A stretch of 64,000 nt of DNA, taken from assembly GCF_021028975.2 (NCBI RefSeq), contig NC_059428.1, forward strand, positions 101,370,001 to 101,434,000. Reading direction: 5' to 3'. Within the stretch, counting starts at the first letter, position 1. Each line of letters begins with the position of its first letter. The stretch comes from Sphaerodactylus townsendi. Its lineage: Eukaryota. Made by a program: the position numbers and the translations under genes. Under the pieces are notes generated by a model. That model did not search any database. It was not told the origin of the DNA and saw nothing but the letters and a program-made list of their open reading frames with translations. Below, one piece after another: positions 62,253 to 64,000 of this stretch.

Positions 62253-62547
62253 TGTAAGGAATTCCATAGAAGCAGAAATAAAAGGCTTTTTGGGTGTAAA
62301 AGACCGTTTATTAAGACATCTTAGAAAGCTCACGTACACGCAGTGGCAGGAATGGCATTTCCCGCCAGAAGCACAGGTTATAACTCTATCCATCCCATCC
62401 CCCACCCGGCTTCCCATGGGAACGGAGGTCTCATCTCCCTCGCAGAGATAAGGTCTCCGCCGTAGGAGCTGGCCCGTCGCCCGGGCTGTGGAATGTAGTC
62501 AAGGCCAAGCAGCCGACCCGCTCATCAACACCACTGAATCCTTTACA
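62253..62547 (-). repeat. 5' LTR (295 bp)
   Basis: TGTAAAGGATT...AATTCCTTACA inverted ends; TATAA 62382-62378; AATAAA 62312-62307. Confidence 0.9.
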
Positions 62548-63153
62548 GTTGCCAAAGAAATAGGAAGAAACATGGAGAGACTAGAAATTGAGTCAAATCC
62601 TAATAGAATCTAAGGGTTTTAAATGAGTGAGAGCGTGGATTGATGTGAAGTGAAAGTCATCTCAGCAGAGGTTGTTGCATCAGTTTGTTTCATTGGTTGT
62701 AAATTATTTCTTGAAAACTTTCGGCTGAAGAATGTATATAAATAAAATGCTAATTTGTTAAATGTAAGCTGAAATCCCATACTAGTAATTTCCTCAGGAC
62801 CACATAGCTCTTCGAAACTGCTTTAAAGCTAGGACACACTACTTCAGGAGAAAGTATAAACGAGCTTGGAATTAAATTCCTGGTGGCGGTGATATACAGA
62901 TAGCAAAAGAGAGGAATAAATAAACATTATTTCGCGCCTACTATATATATTTATTTGTAAAGAAATAAGAGTGGGCATTGCACTTTTGATTTACTTTCTC
63001 GTTTATATCCCTATGGGAGCAATTGCAGAATTTCCCCGCTTTACATTAGTATAGATTTGTTTTCCTGCACCAGCATAGTAATTGTGAGGAACACATCCTG
63101 AGAATAGCAGACCTCTGATCTTCTGAGTTTTGTACATAACAACTGAGGTTTAC

Positions 63154-63346
63154 CTTTTGATTCCGTGACTTGCAGAATCCACGAGGATACCTTGCAATAC
63201 TGTTCATGTACTCTTCTGCCTTTTGCCACTCCTCATTCCATTTCTGGACTTTATACTGAGACTTACACTTTGAAATCCTTTCCAGAATGGCATGATTCTC
63301 TTTGGTCATTCTCAGTAATTCCTGCTCTCGTTTTCTTCTGTTCAGA
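63154..63346 (-). CDS. CFAP97D2: CFAP97D2 internal exon (SLNRRKREQELLRMTKENHAILERI...IARYPRGFCKSRNQK); upstream exons lie beyond the window
   Basis: CFAP97/KIAA1430-type EN..IL.RI motif; TAG/GTAAAC; position upstream of CDC16 as at human 13q34. Confidence 0.85.
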
Positions 63347-64000
63347 CTAAAGGAGATAATGTATACCAATGCCATAAATATGCAAACAAAATAATTGCAT
63401 TAAATTGTTATTGGAAATCAAGATTATTATAGACACATCGATGTACTAGATGAAAACATTAGTCAAATGGGAGACAAAATGCAAACCTATATGCAAAACT
63501 AAGGAAGACTCAACTATATATTACTATTGTCCCCATATAACCAATACTTTTTGTTTTGCAAATTTAACTACCAAAATTGATTTCCTCCCCCATTGTTTTC
63601 TCACTTGAAAAATCATTTAGATATTTCCAGATCCTGGTAGTCATTTGCGTGTGTACTGTGTCATTTGCAAGTGTACTGAGTACTTGGATTTATATGCAGA
63701 GCTTAAGCAGGAAGGACCCACAATCTTGATACACATATTTTCAAACCCAGATGCCTGTGTCAATAAAGATACACTGTCATTTTTCAATGCTTTCTCAACA
63801 TTAATATCTCTTTCTATCCTGTTATCTGATTCAGTGATCTAACAGATTTTGAAATAAAAAATGATCAGGGATCATTTAGGCTAAATGTTTGTAAGACAGG
63901 CACTATAATGATTTAAATTTTTTTGTGTTTTTTTTTTTTACATTGAGAGATAAGTTGTAAAAGGAAGGGGGTGAGACGGCAGTCTGTGCTAGAGAGTGAC

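Larger units (their letters stand above)
58071..62547 (-). mobile_element. Ty3/Gypsy LTR retrotransposon (Tf1/sushi group), 3'-truncated, frameshifted
   Basis: 5' LTR, gag, protease FVDSG (DSG at 60285-60293), RT YLDD, RNase H (DVSD..DHKNL), integrase HHCC finger, then abrupt end. Confidence 0.95.

Noticed and set aside
1-64000. CRISPR arrays, prokaryotic operons, true tRNA genes
   Set aside because: Eukaryotic intron-exon DNA; no repeat-spacer array; tRNA-like boxes belong to SINE heads

Overview
Vertebrate genomic DNA, squamate and probably gecko (Squam3-type and 5S-derived SINEs, L2/CR1, hAT and Harbinger MITEs). Four spliced protein-coding genes were rebuilt exon by exon: a + strand FBXO36-like F-box gene (4 coding exons, 6396-14187, 180 aa, one GC-AG intron); UPF3A (- strand, 10 exons, 30755-18481, 470 aa); CDC16/APC6 (- strand, 18 exons, 53165-34622, 623 aa); and the last two coding exons of CFAP97D2 (- strand). 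The order CFAP97D2-CDC16-UPF3A matches human 13q34. The last CFAP97D2 intron holds a 3'-truncated Ty3/Gypsy (Tf1/sushi-type) retrotransposon whose primer-binding site is the exact 11-nt complement of its own predicted RNA 5' end, which points to tRNA-independent self-priming. Other highlights: the FBXO36-like gene is a candidate whole-genome-duplication paralogue with no known human counterpart at this locus; this UPF3A keeps a UPF3B-type EJC-binding motif; and a Penelope-derived minimal hammerhead motif lies sense in UPF3A intron 8. Comparisons to human sequences and repeat families are from memory and need database confirmation.
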